Below are positions 38,088 to 51,408 of a DNA stretch of 64,000 nucleotides, one piece after another. Under the pieces are notes generated by a model. That model saw only the letters and a list, made by a program, of their open reading frames with translations, made no database searches and was not told where the DNA came from. The DNA comes from Mobula hypostoma (lineage: Eukaryota), in the NCBI RefSeq assembly GCF_963921235.1, contig NC_086108.1, positions 91,266,001 through 91,330,000 of the forward strand, in the 5' to 3' direction. Both the position numbers and the translations under genes were made by a program. Position 1 is the first letter of the stretch, and every line of letters begins with the position of its first letter.

Positions 38088-38302
38088 TAAACAAGGGATT
38101 CTTCAGATGCTGGAAATTCTGAGCAACATATCCAAAATGCTGGAAGAACTCAGCAAGTCAGGCATCATCTATGGAGGGGTATCACCAGTCAACGTTTCAG
38201 ACTAAGAACCTGATGAAGGGTCTTGGATTAAAACATCATATGTTTATTCCTCACTGTAGATGGTGCCTGACTTGCTGAGTTCCTCCAGAATTTTGTGTGT
38301 GC
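38088..38302. mobile_element. Palindromic Penelope-derived mini-element (older copy)
   Basis: aaaatgctggaagaactcagcaagtcaggca..tgcctgacttgctgagttcctccagaatttt inverted arms around CTGATGAAGGG. Same layout as 59589-59810. Confidence 0.8.
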
Positions 38303-39324
38303 AGCTAAAAGTGATGTTAAGGTAATACCAATATGCGCAGGTATACAATACCTCGGCTCTCTAAAATGCATTGCTGGTCTCGTTTATAATCCTTAACGGG
38401 TACTGGCCTATTGCCAGCAGCCCAGCTGTTCCATAGACAGTGAGAAGGCAACGGAGCCTTAATCTATTTCGAGAAAAGCAGCTTCGATTGCTGGGTTTGT
38501 GCACAAGAGATGACATGACAGCTGGCAAAATAGCAAAGGTTGTCTGTACATCATTTGCTGTGCATGGAACTTCAGTTTTCCGGTGGTACCAAAATACTTC
38601 TCTGTGTTTTTTTTAAAAAAATCTTTTGACTCGTTTTAAAATGTAAACCAGGGCAATCTTAGCACATAAATAAATAATGGCATACATTCTTGTCTGACAG
38701 TGCTGTAGACTAGGAAGGAGAAGGGCCTTCAGTCACTGCTTCCTGATGTGTGTGCTTAATAATTAAATAGAGAGCAGCGTTCAATGTATTGTAGCACGTT
38801 ACCTTGAGCAGCTTTTCCTCTGTTTCCCACTTGAGAGGTTTTTTTATCTCACAGATCAGAGTTTTGGTTTCAGATGAGTGAGTCTACAAACAAAAACTAA
38901 GCTCATGTTGGCCGTTATGATTACTGCGCCAGAATCAATGATGAATATCAATGAACTAAGACTTACTAGCTGATGGCAATGTTTCAGTGGATTTGATAGC
39001 CATTTGTGCAGATGGTTTCCAAGGATGAATCAGTGTGGGTTTTGTACCAGTTGAACGTTGCTACCCTTCACTATTCCAGTTCAGTAATTGAAGGATGCAG
39101 AGTTGGACAACACTTTCTGCATACTTTCTAAATATCAATTACAATTTTACAGTCTTGTTAGGATTCAAATAAAGTTGAAAGTATTGAAGACTCCGAGCAG
39201 ATGAGGAAGATTGTGAACATAACAACCTCTTAAGCAAGAGATACGTGTGATCATGAAATGAAACAAAATAGCACAAGTTATGCAAAGGTGTGGAACCCCA
39301 GTCTAATTCCATGGCATAAGTTTA

Positions 39325-39640
39325 ACTTCACTTGTCACAGGTCCATCAAAACATACAGTGAAGTGAGTTGTTTGTGTCAAATCAAATCAGCGAGGATTGT
39401 ACTGGACAGCCAGCAAATCTCCCCATGCTTCTGACACCATATAGTTGGACTGCTACTCACTAATCCTAACCCATACACTTTCGGAATGTGAGAGGAAACC
39501 AGAGCACCCGGAGGAAACCTACATGGTCATGGGGAAAACGTACAAGCTCCTTATAGACAGTGGTGGGACCCCAAGATTTTACTTCCATTTTACAGCTGGT
39601 GCTGTAACAGCATTACATTAATCACTATACTACTATGCCA
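39325..39640 (-). mobile_element. HE1/V-domain SINE with Rex-type tail
   Basis: ggaaaccagagcacccggaggaaacc V-domain. Homologous to 10138-10456. Confidence 0.75.
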
Positions 39641-40221
39641 TCACCCCAAAAATGGCGGGGTGACAGGAGACTAGACTCAAGTGCCAAATACGGTGAACAG
39701 CAAAAGGGAGAAAACCAAATTCCCATTGGAGAGAAGAGCAGAACTTCCTTGAAGTGAGATTTCTTGGAAGACTAGTGGCAGTGAAACCAAAGCAACATAC
39801 AACAGATGCTGGAAACCTGAAATGAAACAACAGTGTTAGGGGGATACATCTGTGGTGAGACAACGGACAACTAAAGTTCAAAAAAGATGTTTCATATAAT
39901 CATAAGAACTCATGAAACAGGGGCAGGAGGGAGCCACATAGACTCGCAACTCTGTTCTGTATTCAATAAGATCCAACGTTGGTCTCAATTTCCCTCTTCT
40001 GCCTGTTCACCATAAATAATAACTCCTTTATGGTTCAGACCGCAACCTCTTTCAGCCTTGAAGCTGTCTGGCCGACTGAGAGCTTCTAACATTTTCAATT
40101 TTTATCAAAGAATGCGGATTGCTATTCGGATCAAATTTGGTACGAGTGCCATATTACCTTCCGTAAAGCTAGCACTTGTAATGATAATGGTTGTCATAAA
40201 TACCATGTTGCAATATAAAAA

Positions 40222-40283
40222 TACTGTACGGTGCAAAAGTCTTGGGCTCATATATAGATCGGGTGCCTGAAACTTGCACAGTG
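40222..40283. mobile_element. Short palindromic Tc1/mariner-like MITE
   Basis: gtgcaaaagtcttgggc...gcctgaaacttgcacagtg imperfect inverted termini around a short spacer. Confidence 0.45.
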
Positions 40284-40711
40284 CTTTATTGTTCAAAGGA
40301 GTACTTAGAATTTGAGCAAAGATGGTCTTGGAGCAAGAACTGAAATTAAGAAGTCTAGTTTTTTTTCCATCCAGGCCTTTATCAGGGACCTTCCATCAGG
40401 TATTAAATGCATCAAGCATAAGACTGTATGATATTTTTTAATGAGCCCTCCGAAAGCATTTGCTTTTAATTTTCTGGGTACACCCTTCCCAACTTGAGTG
40501 CTTGTGGAAGTGTGGAAACCAATTTCATTGATTATAACTCTAAGCAGGTAAAGGTGTAACAGTTAAAGATGTACAGTACTAGCTGTTTAATTCATCGGGC
40601 CAAAACATGTCCAAACTGGCCCATTGCCTAAACTTGGTACCCAATGTGTTCATCTGTCTGCATGAACCCAATATGGACCTGAAAGGCTGGCCAAACTCAT
40701 TCTTCCTTGCA

Positions 40712-41046
40712 GGAGAACTTATAAGATGATGAGAGGCATTGAGAGGCTTTTTCCCAGGGCTGAAATGTTTGCCACAAGAGGACACAGGTTTAAGGTGCTG
40801 GGGAGTAAGTACAGAGGAGATGTCAAGGGTAAGTTTTTTAACTCAGTGAGTGGTGAGTCGGTGGAATGGGCTGCTGGCAACAGTGGTGGAGGCAGATACG
40901 ATAGAGTCTTTTGGATAGGTACATGGAGCTTAGAAAAATAGAGGGCTCTGGGTAAGCCTAGTAATTTCTAAAGCAGGGACATGTTCGGCACAACTTTGTG
41001 GGCTGAAGGGCCTGTATTGTGCTGTAGGTTTTTCTATGTTTCTAAC
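40712..41046 (+). mobile_element. CR1 3' fragment
   Basis: YKMMRGI..LFP..TRGHRFK. (TTTCTATG) tail. Confidence 0.85.
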
Positions 41047-42044
41047 TTCCCACAATCGCTCAAGGTGAAACAAGCCCTGTGTAATATCTAGGCCTCTGAT
41101 GCGAAACCCTGAAGCCCAACTTCTGACTGCCATGGTGGCAGCTGACTGCTATCCAAGGCCTTTCAGTTGTTTTGTATATATCTAAAGACAGTATAAAAGT
41201 TTTAAATACTTTATAAAATATTATCTAATAAAAATTAACTAGTATTACTATAAAATCCTAGAACTCACTGAAGAAATTAAGTAAAACACTTACCTGCAGT
41301 TGGCTTTTTTCACTCATTCAGCTTTACACATCTTACAACAGCCAGTCAGAATTGAGTTCATTAGAAGAACAGAAGACCCAATGCACCAGTATCTACTCTC
41401 TAGCTCACCTCAACTTCTATATTTCAATACACATGTGTAGGAGTCAGAGGCAAGCAGACACATTGTTCACAGGCAGGTCACAGTCCAATTAAAGCCTTTT
41501 AAAAATGTATTTTTCCTTCAACTAACAGAGGGCCAGAACTGCTACTAAATCACATCCTTTTGCATCCTTCCAAGCACCTGCATATAGGTATTCTTGGCAA
41601 TGTTAAACTGTGTGATGCATCTCAGGAGCTGTTACAAGTCATCAGCCTGATTGAAATGACTGTAATTATATTATGCCAGTGATAACACTGGTCTGCAACC
41701 TGCTTTTCATCACCACTTGCCTCATCCATAAAAATCAAGTGGTTGATTTCTATGTAATTAAACTGATTAATTTTAATTGCAATTTCTATTTTATGAGATG
41801 GCACATTCTCTTCCAGAAATACATTGACTATAAAGAAGCAGCAAGTACCATATTATTAGTTCTATTTAACACTGTATATTCATAAATGTTCACCTTCAGA
41901 AGAATAAGGTCCACTATTTCTTCTGATACAAACTGATGGAGCATCATTACCATAAAGTTCAAAGTAATTTTGCAATGGCTGAAACTTCATTCCACATAGA
42001 TCTTCTTGCAAGTTTCCAATATAATATATTTTCAATAGTTATTA

Positions 42045-42392
42045 GAGCGTAGATGCGGAGAGGATGATTCCTATAATGGGGGATCTAGGACCAGAGGGCA
42101 CAGCCTCAGGATGGAAGGACATCTGTTTTGAAAAGAGATGAGGAGGAATTTCTTTAGTCTAATGGTGGTGATTCTGTGGAATTCATTGTCACAGACGGCT
42201 GTGGAGGCCAAATCAGTGGGTATATTTGAAGCAGAGGTTGACAGGTTCTTGATTATTCAGGTTGCCAAAGGGTATGGGGAGAAGACAGGAAAATGGGGTT
42301 GAGAGGGATAATGAGTCAGCCATGGTGAAATGGAGGAGCAGACAAGATGGGCCAAATGGCCTAATTCTACTCCTTTGTTTTATGGTCTTATA
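42045..42392 (+). mobile_element. CR1 3' fragment
   Basis: TRGHSLR and MRRNFFS remnants. TTATGGTCTTAT tail. Confidence 0.8.
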
Positions 42393-43619
42393 GAAAGGAA
42401 ACATTTAAAATATATGGAATGTCTGATTGATAAATAGCACTCAATAATTCATATCCACAGAAGGAGAATTATGCTTTAATTTACAAGCAGCTGAAGAGGA
42501 TCTGCAGGCAATGTGCTGATAAGATAGAATCGGGCAAGTTTTAAACCTGGGAACACAAGAGTAAGGGAAAAGTTCAACAGAATCTCTTTTTAATAAGCAA
42601 AATGGTTCTCATCTACTAATTAAAAGATAGCTGGCACTGATCGAAGCCGTGTCACCATCTGTCAGAGGCGGCAGGATCTTTTCCTACAATCATTGGTGGT
42701 AGTCAGTCTAAGGCTTGGAGAGTGCTAGTGAAAGTTTGACATAATACCCTGACTTTCAATCACAGCTCAGAGTGTATGATTGATGAGAATGAAAGGAGGT
42801 GAACGGTAGTCTCCACAGGAGTCCCACAAAGTTTTAACCTATTAATAAGGTGACAGTGAGAGGGAATCATTCTTACAGTTAATGGCAGGAATAAGCAATG
42901 GGAATTGTAGATGAAATGCTGCACACATTTAATAGTTTCACAAGCAGTCAAGATCGGTGAAGACCTACTCAAATCGTAGCTTTCAACTACTGCAGCATTA
43001 ATTTTACATGTTCTTCCATGTAATGAATCCTGAAAATTATCTAACAATAATATTTGTCATTTCTGTCTTCTACTCAACACCTAGATGCATTAACATACCT
43101 GCAAACACATGCCAATTATCAATTCTCACCCACATTATCACACACGCTCCGAGATTTTCAACCACACAGAGGTTCTCCACCCTAGGTACAGGATGCCTAC
43201 TGAAACAGCTTCCTCATCGTTTGCAGGAGTTGGTTTGTATAAATAGTGTTCACTGTAATAGATGCGTTCATTGGCTCAGTAAGTTACTGCAGCAGCCACC
43301 ATAGCATGCGTATTGGCACAGAAATGATTGAAGATGATCGGATACAGTATTCACATTAAATGTTCCACCTATGCTGCCTGCATTCCATGATTTCTTCTGA
43401 GTTAAACCTTGTAGGTAACACAAGGACATGTCTTTGATTTGCCAGTCCTCCCACACCATTATTTTACCTTACATCTGTCTTCTTTCAGATAGACAAGAAC
43501 TCCCGCTGGTCTGGTTTTGTCTATTGAGCAATATGGCAGCAAAGAAGGGAATACAAAAACACGTGATCCTGCTACAACCATGGACCTCCTCACTTTGCAT
43601 ACTCCAAAGGTTTGCCTAG

Positions 43620-45845
43620 AGGTTCTAAACTGGAAAAAGGCCAAATTAAGGTTCTAAACTGGAAAAAGTCCAAATTTGAAGAAACGAGAAAGGATCTAAA
43701 AAGTGTGGATTGGGACAGGTTGTTCTCTGGCAAGGATGTGATTGGTAAGTGGGAGGCCTTCAAAGGAGAAATTTTGAGGGTGCAGAGTTTGTATGTTCCT
43801 GTCAGGATTAAAGACAAAGTGAATAAAAACAAGGAACCTTGGTTCTCAAGGGATATTAGAACTCTGATAGAAGAGAGAGATGTATGACATGTATAGGAAA
43901 GAGGGAGCAAATAAGGTGCTTGAGGAGTATAAAAAGTGCAAAAAAATACTTAAGAAAGAAATCAGGAGGGCTAAAAGAAGACATGAGGTTGCTTTGGCAG
44001 TCAAGGTGAGGGATAATCCAAAGAGCTTCTACAGGTATATTAAGAGCAAAAGGATAGTAAGGGATAAAATTGGTCCTCGTGAAGATCAGAGTGGTCGGCT
44101 ATGTATGGAACCAAAAGAAATGGGGGAGATCTTAAATGGGTTTTATGCATCTGTATTCACTAAGGAAACTGGCATGGAGTCTATGGAAATAAGGCAAATA
44201 AGTAGTGAGGTCATGGAACCTATACAGATTGAAGAGGAGGAGCTGCTTGCTATCTTGAGGCAAATCAGAGTAGATAAATCCCCAGGACCTGACAGGGTAT
44301 TCCCTCAGACCTTGAAGGGGACTAGAGTTGAAATTACAGGGGCCCTGGCAGATATATTTAAAATGTCGGTATCTACGGGTGAGGTGCCGGAGGATTGGAG
44401 GGTAGCTCATGTTGTTCCATTGTTTAAAAAAGGCTCTAAAAGTAATCCGGAAAATTATTGGCCGGTAAATTTGACGTCGGTAGTAGGTAAATTATTGGAA
44501 GGGGTACTAAGAGATAGGATCTACAAGTATTTGGATAGACAGGGACTTATTAGGGAGAGTCAACATGGCTTTGTGTGTGGTAGGTCGTATTTAACCAATC
44601 TGTTAGAGTTTTTCGAGGAGGTTACCAGGAAAGTGGATGAAAGGAAGGCAGTGGATGTTGTCTACATGGACTTCAGTAAGACCTTTGACAAGGTCCCGCA
44701 TGGGAGGTTAGTTAGGAAGATTCAGTCGCTAGGTATACATGGAGAGGTAGTAAATTGGATTAGACATTGGATCAATGGAAGAAGCCAAAGAGTGGTAGTG
44801 GAGGATTGCTTCCCTAAGTGGAGGCCTGTGACTCGTGGTGTGCCACAGGGATCAGTGCTGAGTCTATTGTTATTTGTCATCTATATCAATGATCTGGATG
44901 ATATTATAGTAAACTGGATCAGCAAATTTTCTGATGATACGAAGATTGGAGGTGTAGTGGACAGTGAAAAAGGTTTTCAAAGCCTGCAGAGGGATTTGGA
45001 CCAGATGGAAAAATGGGCTGAAAAATGGCAGATGGAGTTTAATACAGACAAGTGTGAGGTATTGAACTTTGGAAGGACAAACCAAGGTAGAACATACAAG
45101 GTAAATGGTAGGGCACGGAGGAGTGCAGTAGAACAGAGGGATCTGGAAATACAGATACAAGATTCCCTAAAAGTGGCGTCACAGGTAGATAGTGTGGTAA
45201 AGAGAGCTTTTGGTACATTGGCCTTTATTAATCAAAGTATTGAGTATAAGAGCTGGAATGTTATGATGAGGTTGTATAAGGCATTGGTGAGGCCGAATCT
45301 AGAGTATTGTGTGCAGTTTTGGTCACCAAATTACAGGAAGGATATAAATAAGGTTGAAAGAGTGCAGAGAGGGTTTACAAGGATGTTGCCAGGACTTGAG
45401 AAACTTAGTTACAGAGAAACGTTGAATACGTTAGGACTTTATTCCCTGGAGCGTAGAAGAATGAGGGGAGATTTGATAGAAGTATATAAAATGATGATGG
45501 GTATAGACAGAGTGAATGCAAGCAGGCTTTTCCCACTGAGGCTAGGGGAGAAAAAAAACCAGAGGGCATGGGTTAAGGGTGAAGGGGGAAAAATTTAAAG
45601 GGAACATTAAGGGGGGCTTCTTCACACAGAGAGTGGTGGGAGTGTGGAATGAGCTGCCAGATGAAGCGGTAAGTGTGGGCTCACTTTTAACATTTAAGAA
45701 AAACTTGGACAGGTACATGGATGAGAGGTGTATGGAGGGATATGGTCCAGGTGCAGGTCAGTGGGACTAGGCAGACAAATGATTCAGCACAGCCAAGAAG
45801 GGCCAAAAGGCCTGTTTCTGTGCTGTAATGTTCTATGGTTCTATG
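43620..45845 (+). mobile_element. Young CR1 LINE, 5'-truncated, with 29-bp tandem duplication at the 5' junction
   Basis: ORFs 43612-43887, 43880-45598 and 45579-45770. (TTCTATGG)n tail. aggttctaaactggaaaaag is repeated at 43620 and 43650. Confidence 0.95.
43880..45598 (+). CDS. CR1 ORF2 reverse transcriptase (partial, 572 aa)
   Basis: KSPGPD, MDFSKTFDKV, GVPQGSVL, FSDDTK, WQMEFN, LYKALVRPNLEY. Confidence 0.88.
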   Translation: MYDMYRKEGANKVLEEYKKCKKILKKEIRRAKRRHEVALAVKVRDNPKSFYRYIKSKRIVRDKIGPREDQSGRLCMEPKEMGEILNGFYASVFTKETGMESMEIRQISSEVMEPIQIEEEELLAILRQIRVDKSPGPDRVFPQTLKGTRVEITGALADIFKMSVSTGEVPEDWRVAHVVPLFKKGSKSNPENYWPVNLTSVVGKLLEGVLRDRIYKYLDRQGLIRESQHGFVCGRSYLTNLLEFFEEVTRKVDERKAVDVVYMDFSKTFDKVPHGRLVRKIQSLGIHGEVVNWIRHWINGRSQRVVVEDCFPKWRPVTRGVPQGSVLSLLLFVIYINDLDDIIVNWISKFSDDTKIGGVVDSEKGFQSLQRDLDQMEKWAEKWQMEFNTDKCEVLNFGRTNQGRTYKVNGRARRSAVEQRDLEIQIQDSLKVASQVDSVVKRAFGTLAFINQSIEYKSWNVMMRLYKALVRPNLEYCVQFWSPNYRKDINKVERVQRGFTRMLPGLEKLSYRETLNTLGLYSLERRRMRGDLIEVYKMMMGIDRVNASRLFPLRLGEKKNQRAWVKGEGGKI

Positions 45846-46704
45846 TGTGATCAGCATGTGGTCTCACTGGCCATAAATAGCCAGCAGGAGACACTGGAGA
45901 TGCCGGAATTGGGAGCAACATACAAAAAAGCAGGTGAAACTCGACGGGTCAAGTAGCATCTACGGAGGGAAATGGGCAGTCAGTGTTTCAGGTTGAGTCC
46001 GTCCATTTATATGGGCAGCAGTTAAGTTCTGTTTCAGATGACTGATGAGGGTTGGAAGCAGGTGCCTGAGGATGAAGATCATTAAGCTTATGCTGGTAGA
46101 TGTCCCTGACATCCCAGGTGAAATTCGAAAGTGGAATAGGGTGGGAGATAGGGGGGATAGAGGATGCATCCCCTTCTTTGCACAGAGGTTTGCATGGAAA
46201 CTGCAACCATCCTATTCAGAGTGAAAATGATGGACCTGCATTCAGCACTGCTTCACACGGTATCATGTAGCTTTTAATGACTGGGTTCTTTGCATCTGCT
46301 ACAGAACAAAGGGAAGCCACCCAATGGTACCGCATCTGCAGTTTTGCATGCAGCATGTGGTAAGTCTCTATGAGTACATCTTTGGAGATTACCAGTCACA
46401 ACCTTCACTGTGCTTCTGGAAGGGAAATATCTCCTAGGTCTCTTAACAGTTGATTTTTTGGGCCGTTTCCCTCCAATAGGTGCTGTTTGACTTGCTGAGT
46501 TTCCCTAGCATTTTGTATACGTTCCTCAAAATTTCCAGCTTCTGCAGAATCTCTTGTGTCCTAGGCCTGTACCTTGAACCACATGTTAGGGAACCATTGG
46601 ATTAACAATGAAGCACAATTTCCCACAATGACAGGGATCCCTTGAGGCTCAGCAACGATCTGTAGGATGGTACCTGCCACAACAATTCTTCAACTCAATT
46701 CTTA

Positions 46705-48840
46705 AAGTTCAAAGTTCAAAGTAAATTTATTATCAAACTATATACAAGTCACCATATACAGCCGTGAGGTACATGTTCTAGTGGGCATACTTAAATCCAA
46801 TCGCCATAATAGATTCAACATAAGGCTGCACCAACAGGACAGACAACCAGTATGTAAATGACAACAAATCTGTGCAAATACAAAGTGAAAGAAAAAATAG
46901 AAATAATAATAATCAGAAGAAATAAGAAATAAATATCAAGATCATGAGATGAAGAGTTCTTGAAAGTGAGTCCGTAGGTTGTGAGAACATTTCAGTGATG
47001 GGGGAATTGAAGTTGAGTGAATTTATCACTTTGGTTCAAGAGCCTAATAGTTGAGGGGTAATAAATTTTCCTGAACCTGGTAATGTGACTCCTGAGGCTC
47101 CTGTACCCTCTCTCTGATGGCAGCAGTGTGAAGAGAACGTAGCCTGGGTGGTGGGTGTTCCTGATGACGGATACTGCTTTCCTGCGACAGCGCTCCATGT
47201 AGACGTGCTCAATGGAGGGAAGGGCTTTACTCCATGATTAACTGGGCACCTACAAGATCTCTGCTGACATATGGCAATTAAAACCAATCCCATCTTCTAA
47301 TGCGTGGTCCATACCATCCAATCCCTGCCTGATCATGATGGGGCAAGTGAACTGGAGTTCATTTGTCCCCTAACAGTTAAGAGTAATAACTGTTCCTGGA
47401 CCTAGCGGTGTGAGTCCTGAGGCTCCTGTACCTTCTTCCTGATGGCAGTACCTAGATGGTGGGGGGTTCCTGCTGATGGATGCTGATTTCCTGTGATAAG
47501 GCTCCATGTAGATACACTCAAAGGTGAGGAGGGCTTTACCCTTGACTGTATGCACTACTTTTGTAGGATTTTCTATTCAAGGGCATTGGTGTTTCCATAC
47601 CAGGCTATGATGCAACCAGTTAATATACTCTCTACCACACATCTATAGAAGTTTGTCAAAGTTTTGGATGACATGTTAAATCTCCGCTGATGTCAAATAG
47701 AGGTGCTGCCGTATTTTCTTCATAATGGCACTTATGTGCTGGGCCCAGGAGAGGTCCTCTGAAATAATAACACCAAGGAAGTTAAAGTTGCTGACCCTGT
47801 CCACCTCTGATCCTCCAATGAGGACTGGCTCATGGATCTTTGGTTTCCTCCTCCTGAAGTTAATAAACAGCTCTTTGGTCTTACTGACATTGAGTGAGAG
47901 GTTAGTGTTCAGGCACCACTCCACCTGATGTTCAGTCTCCCTCCTGCATGCTGATTCATCACACCTTTGATTCGGCTAATGGTGTCATCAGCAAACTTAA
48001 ATATGGCTTTGGAGCCGTGCTTAGCCTCACAGTCATGAGTGTAAAGCAAGTAGAGCAGGGGCTTAAGCACACAGCTCTGTGGTGCACCTGAGGTGATGGA
48101 GATTGTGGAGGAGATGTTGTTGCCAATTCGAACTGACTGGGGTCTGCAGTAAGGAAACTAAGGATCCAATTGAGGAGGTATTGAGGCCAAGGTCCTGAAG
48201 CTTATTGATTAGCTTTGAGATGATTGTATTGAAAGCTGAGCTGTAGTTGATAAAGAACATCCTGATGTATGTATCTTCGCTACATAGATACTCCAGAGTC
48301 CAGTGAAGAAATGGCAAACTGGAGCAGATCCCAGTTGCTTCTCAGGTAGATATGCTTCATTGCCAACCTTTCAAAGCACTTCATCACAGTGTATGTAAGT
48401 GCTTCTGAAAGATAGTCATTGAGGTAGGTTACCATGTTCTTCTTTGGCATCGGTATAGTTGAAGGCTGCTTGAAGTAGGTGGTTATCTCAGACTGCTGAA
48501 GTGAGAGGTTAAAGATCTCAAAGAACATGACTAGCCAGTTGATCAGTACAGGTCATTTGTGCTCGTCCAGGTACCTCATATGGGCCAGATGCTTTCCATA
48601 GGTTCACCATCCTGTAGGGTGCTCTCACGTCAGCCTCAGAGACTGAAATCACAGGGTCATCGGGGGGCTGTGGGAGTTTGTGAAAGTTCCTCCATGTTCT
48701 GACAGTCAAAGCCAGTACAGAAGACGATGAGCTAATCTGGAAGTGAGTCCTGCCACAGCTGTCAAGCATCCTTCATTGATTCAAGTTTAGTCCAGAATTG
48801 CCACTTTGCCCGTGAGATGGCTTTCTGGAGATCATATTGG
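46705..48840 (-). mobile_element. Degenerate Rex1/Babar fragments (two 3' ends plus RT region)
   Basis: (CTTTGAA)n tail. LLPSERGYRS, SLNVSKTKEL, YSSAFNTII, VMKCFERL. Confidence 0.8.
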
Positions 48841-48959
48841 ATAACATTTAATTCTGTTAAACTTTTAACCACTCACTCAATCACCGTCAAATGTACCAGT
48901 CTTTAAGGACCTCTTTAATCAACACAAGCTAATCGACATTTATAGTCCAAATATGGTAG

Positions 48960-49256
48960 AATAGGGGTTAGTACAATACTTCATTGTGCCAGCTATAAAA
49001 TCAGTATTTAATTCCCACTACTGGCTGTACAGAGTTTGTATTGTATGTTCTCCCTGTAACAGCATTGGGTTTCCTCCGAATACTCTGTTCCCTCCCACAA
49101 TCCAAAGAGCTAGGGGTCAGTAAGTTGTGGGCGTGCTATGTTGGAGCTGGAAGCATGGTGACACATGTGGGTTGCCCAACCCATCCTCGAAGCAAATGAC
49201 GCATTTCAGTGTATATTCTGATAATGTGACAAATAGAGATAATGTTTATCTTTATC
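48960..49256 (+). mobile_element. HE1/V-domain SINE with Rex-type tail
   Basis: Degenerate V-domain (gggtttcctccg..ctcccacaatccaaag). ATGTGACAAATA tail. Confidence 0.6.
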
Positions 49257-49442
49257 CTTTATAAATAAACCAGTTCTATAGAGCCGAAGATTTCAGCAAA
49301 GGAACCTGACAGTAAGATATAAAGAAAGACTGATTAATCGGAAAGAAATGTTCACTTGGGGTCAATAGTCTATGAAATATACCAAAAAATGTTTTCGACA
49401 GTTATTCATAATACACAAGCACCAACTGATTTGCAAGAAACT

Positions 49443-49733
49443 TTGTTTATTTAGTTATTTATTTAGAGATACAGTGCGGAACAGACCCTTCCAGCCCAAC
49501 AAGCCACACCGCCCAGCAACCCACCTGTTTAACCCTAGCCTATTCACAGGACAACTTACAATGACCAATTAATCTACTAACCAGTACGTCTTTGGACTGT
49601 GGGAGGAAACCAGAGCACCTGGAGTAAACGGGAAGGATGTACATAATTCTCACAGACAGCATCAGAATTCAACTCCAAACTCCAATGCCCTGAGCTGTAA
49701 TAGCTTCTCGCTAACCGCTGCGCTACTGTGGTG
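49443..49733 (-). mobile_element. HE1/V-domain SINE with CR1-type tail
   Basis: rc head cacagtagcgcagcggttagcg (A-box-like). V-domain present. Tail gggctggaagggtctgttccgcactgtatctctaaataaataa. Confidence 0.8.
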
Positions 49734-51408
49734 CCCCCGAAACATTCTAATTTCACTGAAGAAAAGACACCAGCTTTAATTCAAAACTTCTCACAAACTT
49801 CAGACATTTAAGCAGATCTTTAATTAAGTCATATTCAAATCTAGATATATGTTATTGACCTGATATCTTTCTGAACATGCCTTAGTGTGGAAGAAAATAT
49901 AATGCTTTTTAGTCATGCACATAAGTCACAGGCTTGAAATTTTTTCAAGTTATACATACATCAGAGCAGAGTTGTTTTACTGAAATTGCTAAGTCAAAAT
50001 GCCATTTCTCTTCCAATCTTTCAAGCACAGCTTTAGTTGATGGAACACATCAATCACTGTGTGTGTGCTCCCTGGAGCCTTATGAACTAACAGCCTCTAC
50101 CTTTCGAGCATGGACCCACACACTCATCATCAAACAATTATTTACCTCTGCTTGCTCCTTAGATTATTTCCTGCTACGTTTTCTACTAATGATCACCGTT
50201 AGTCAAGATTATTTTTGTCACGTAGTCACTGAGTGAACTACTGCTGTGGAATAAATACTAATTAATAAACACACCTATTAAATAAAAGGCCCTCACAGCT
50301 GAACAGCTTTGTTAATTAGGAAGACTACTTGCAACAGTTCTGCTAAGTTTGGCAACACTTCAAAGTTATTTTTAACAGTGTAAATCCAGAATAAAGGGTA
50401 GATGTATGTGATTATTGGTGTGCACAGTAGTTTATATTGGTCTCCTTCAGTTTTCTGTGTTCCCTTTCTTGCCGCTGACTAGCTGGTTGGGAGGTGGGGG
50501 TTTGGGGGGTTGATGTCCTAGATGCCTTGTTTTCTGGCTGGGCGATATGTTAATTGTTGTGCGAGGGAGGGGTTGAGGGTTTGGGGTCTGATGTTATTTT
50601 TGATGTTTTCCTATGTGGGCGATCTGTTAGTCTTTTTTGTCTTTTGTGTGTGAGAGAGGTGCAGTTGGGGGTTTGATGTTATTCTCACTGTTTTTTTTGG
50701 GAAGGAGTGGTTGGGGGTCTGAGGTTTGATGTTCTACCTACCGTTTTCCAGCTGGGCAATCTTTTAGTTTTTGTGCATCGGAGTGGTTGGGGGTTTGGGG
50801 TTTGCGAATTTTTGTTTCTTTTCTGTTGTTGTGTTGGGGGGTGGGGGGGGTTGATGTCTTTTCTTTCAATGACTTCCATGGTTTTTCTGTATTTCATGGC
50901 GATCTAGAGGGTTGTACTCTGCACACATACTTTGATAATAAAATGAACCTTTGAACCTTTGGACCTTAGAGATCTCCTTCCAGAATAAGTAGCAGTGAGA
51001 TTCTGCGATGGAAATCTGGTGAGCAATATTAAGAGCATAGATTTAGCCCCATCTTAAGTCTATATCCCATTGTGTCTTTTTGAATGCAACTGATATTAAT
51101 TTAACTGATAAGAGTTAGAATCCTTCTCTAATCATTTACATCTTTGTCATTAAGACAAATCTGTGCATATCTTTATTCAATCTCGCTCTGTCTCTTAAAC
51201 AGCTATATCAGGGTTGACTCAATCAGTGCATATGTATTCTGCTTCATTGCAACATAAACTGCAATTGTTGATCTTCTACAATACTTCTCAGTGTAAATGT
51301 GAAAATTAGGTGGAGAGAGTTATGAAAATATATGCAATGTCATAATATTATTCATGGACCGTGCAATTATTTTGAATAATTTCCTGTTTTGAAGTGCCAG
51401 ATAAGTGC

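Noticed and set aside
43428..43619. Strong acceptor (ctgtcttctttcag) and a small hairpin as a host exon or miRNA
   Set aside because: No recognisable protein or convincing donor, and the hairpin is too short for a pre-miRNA.
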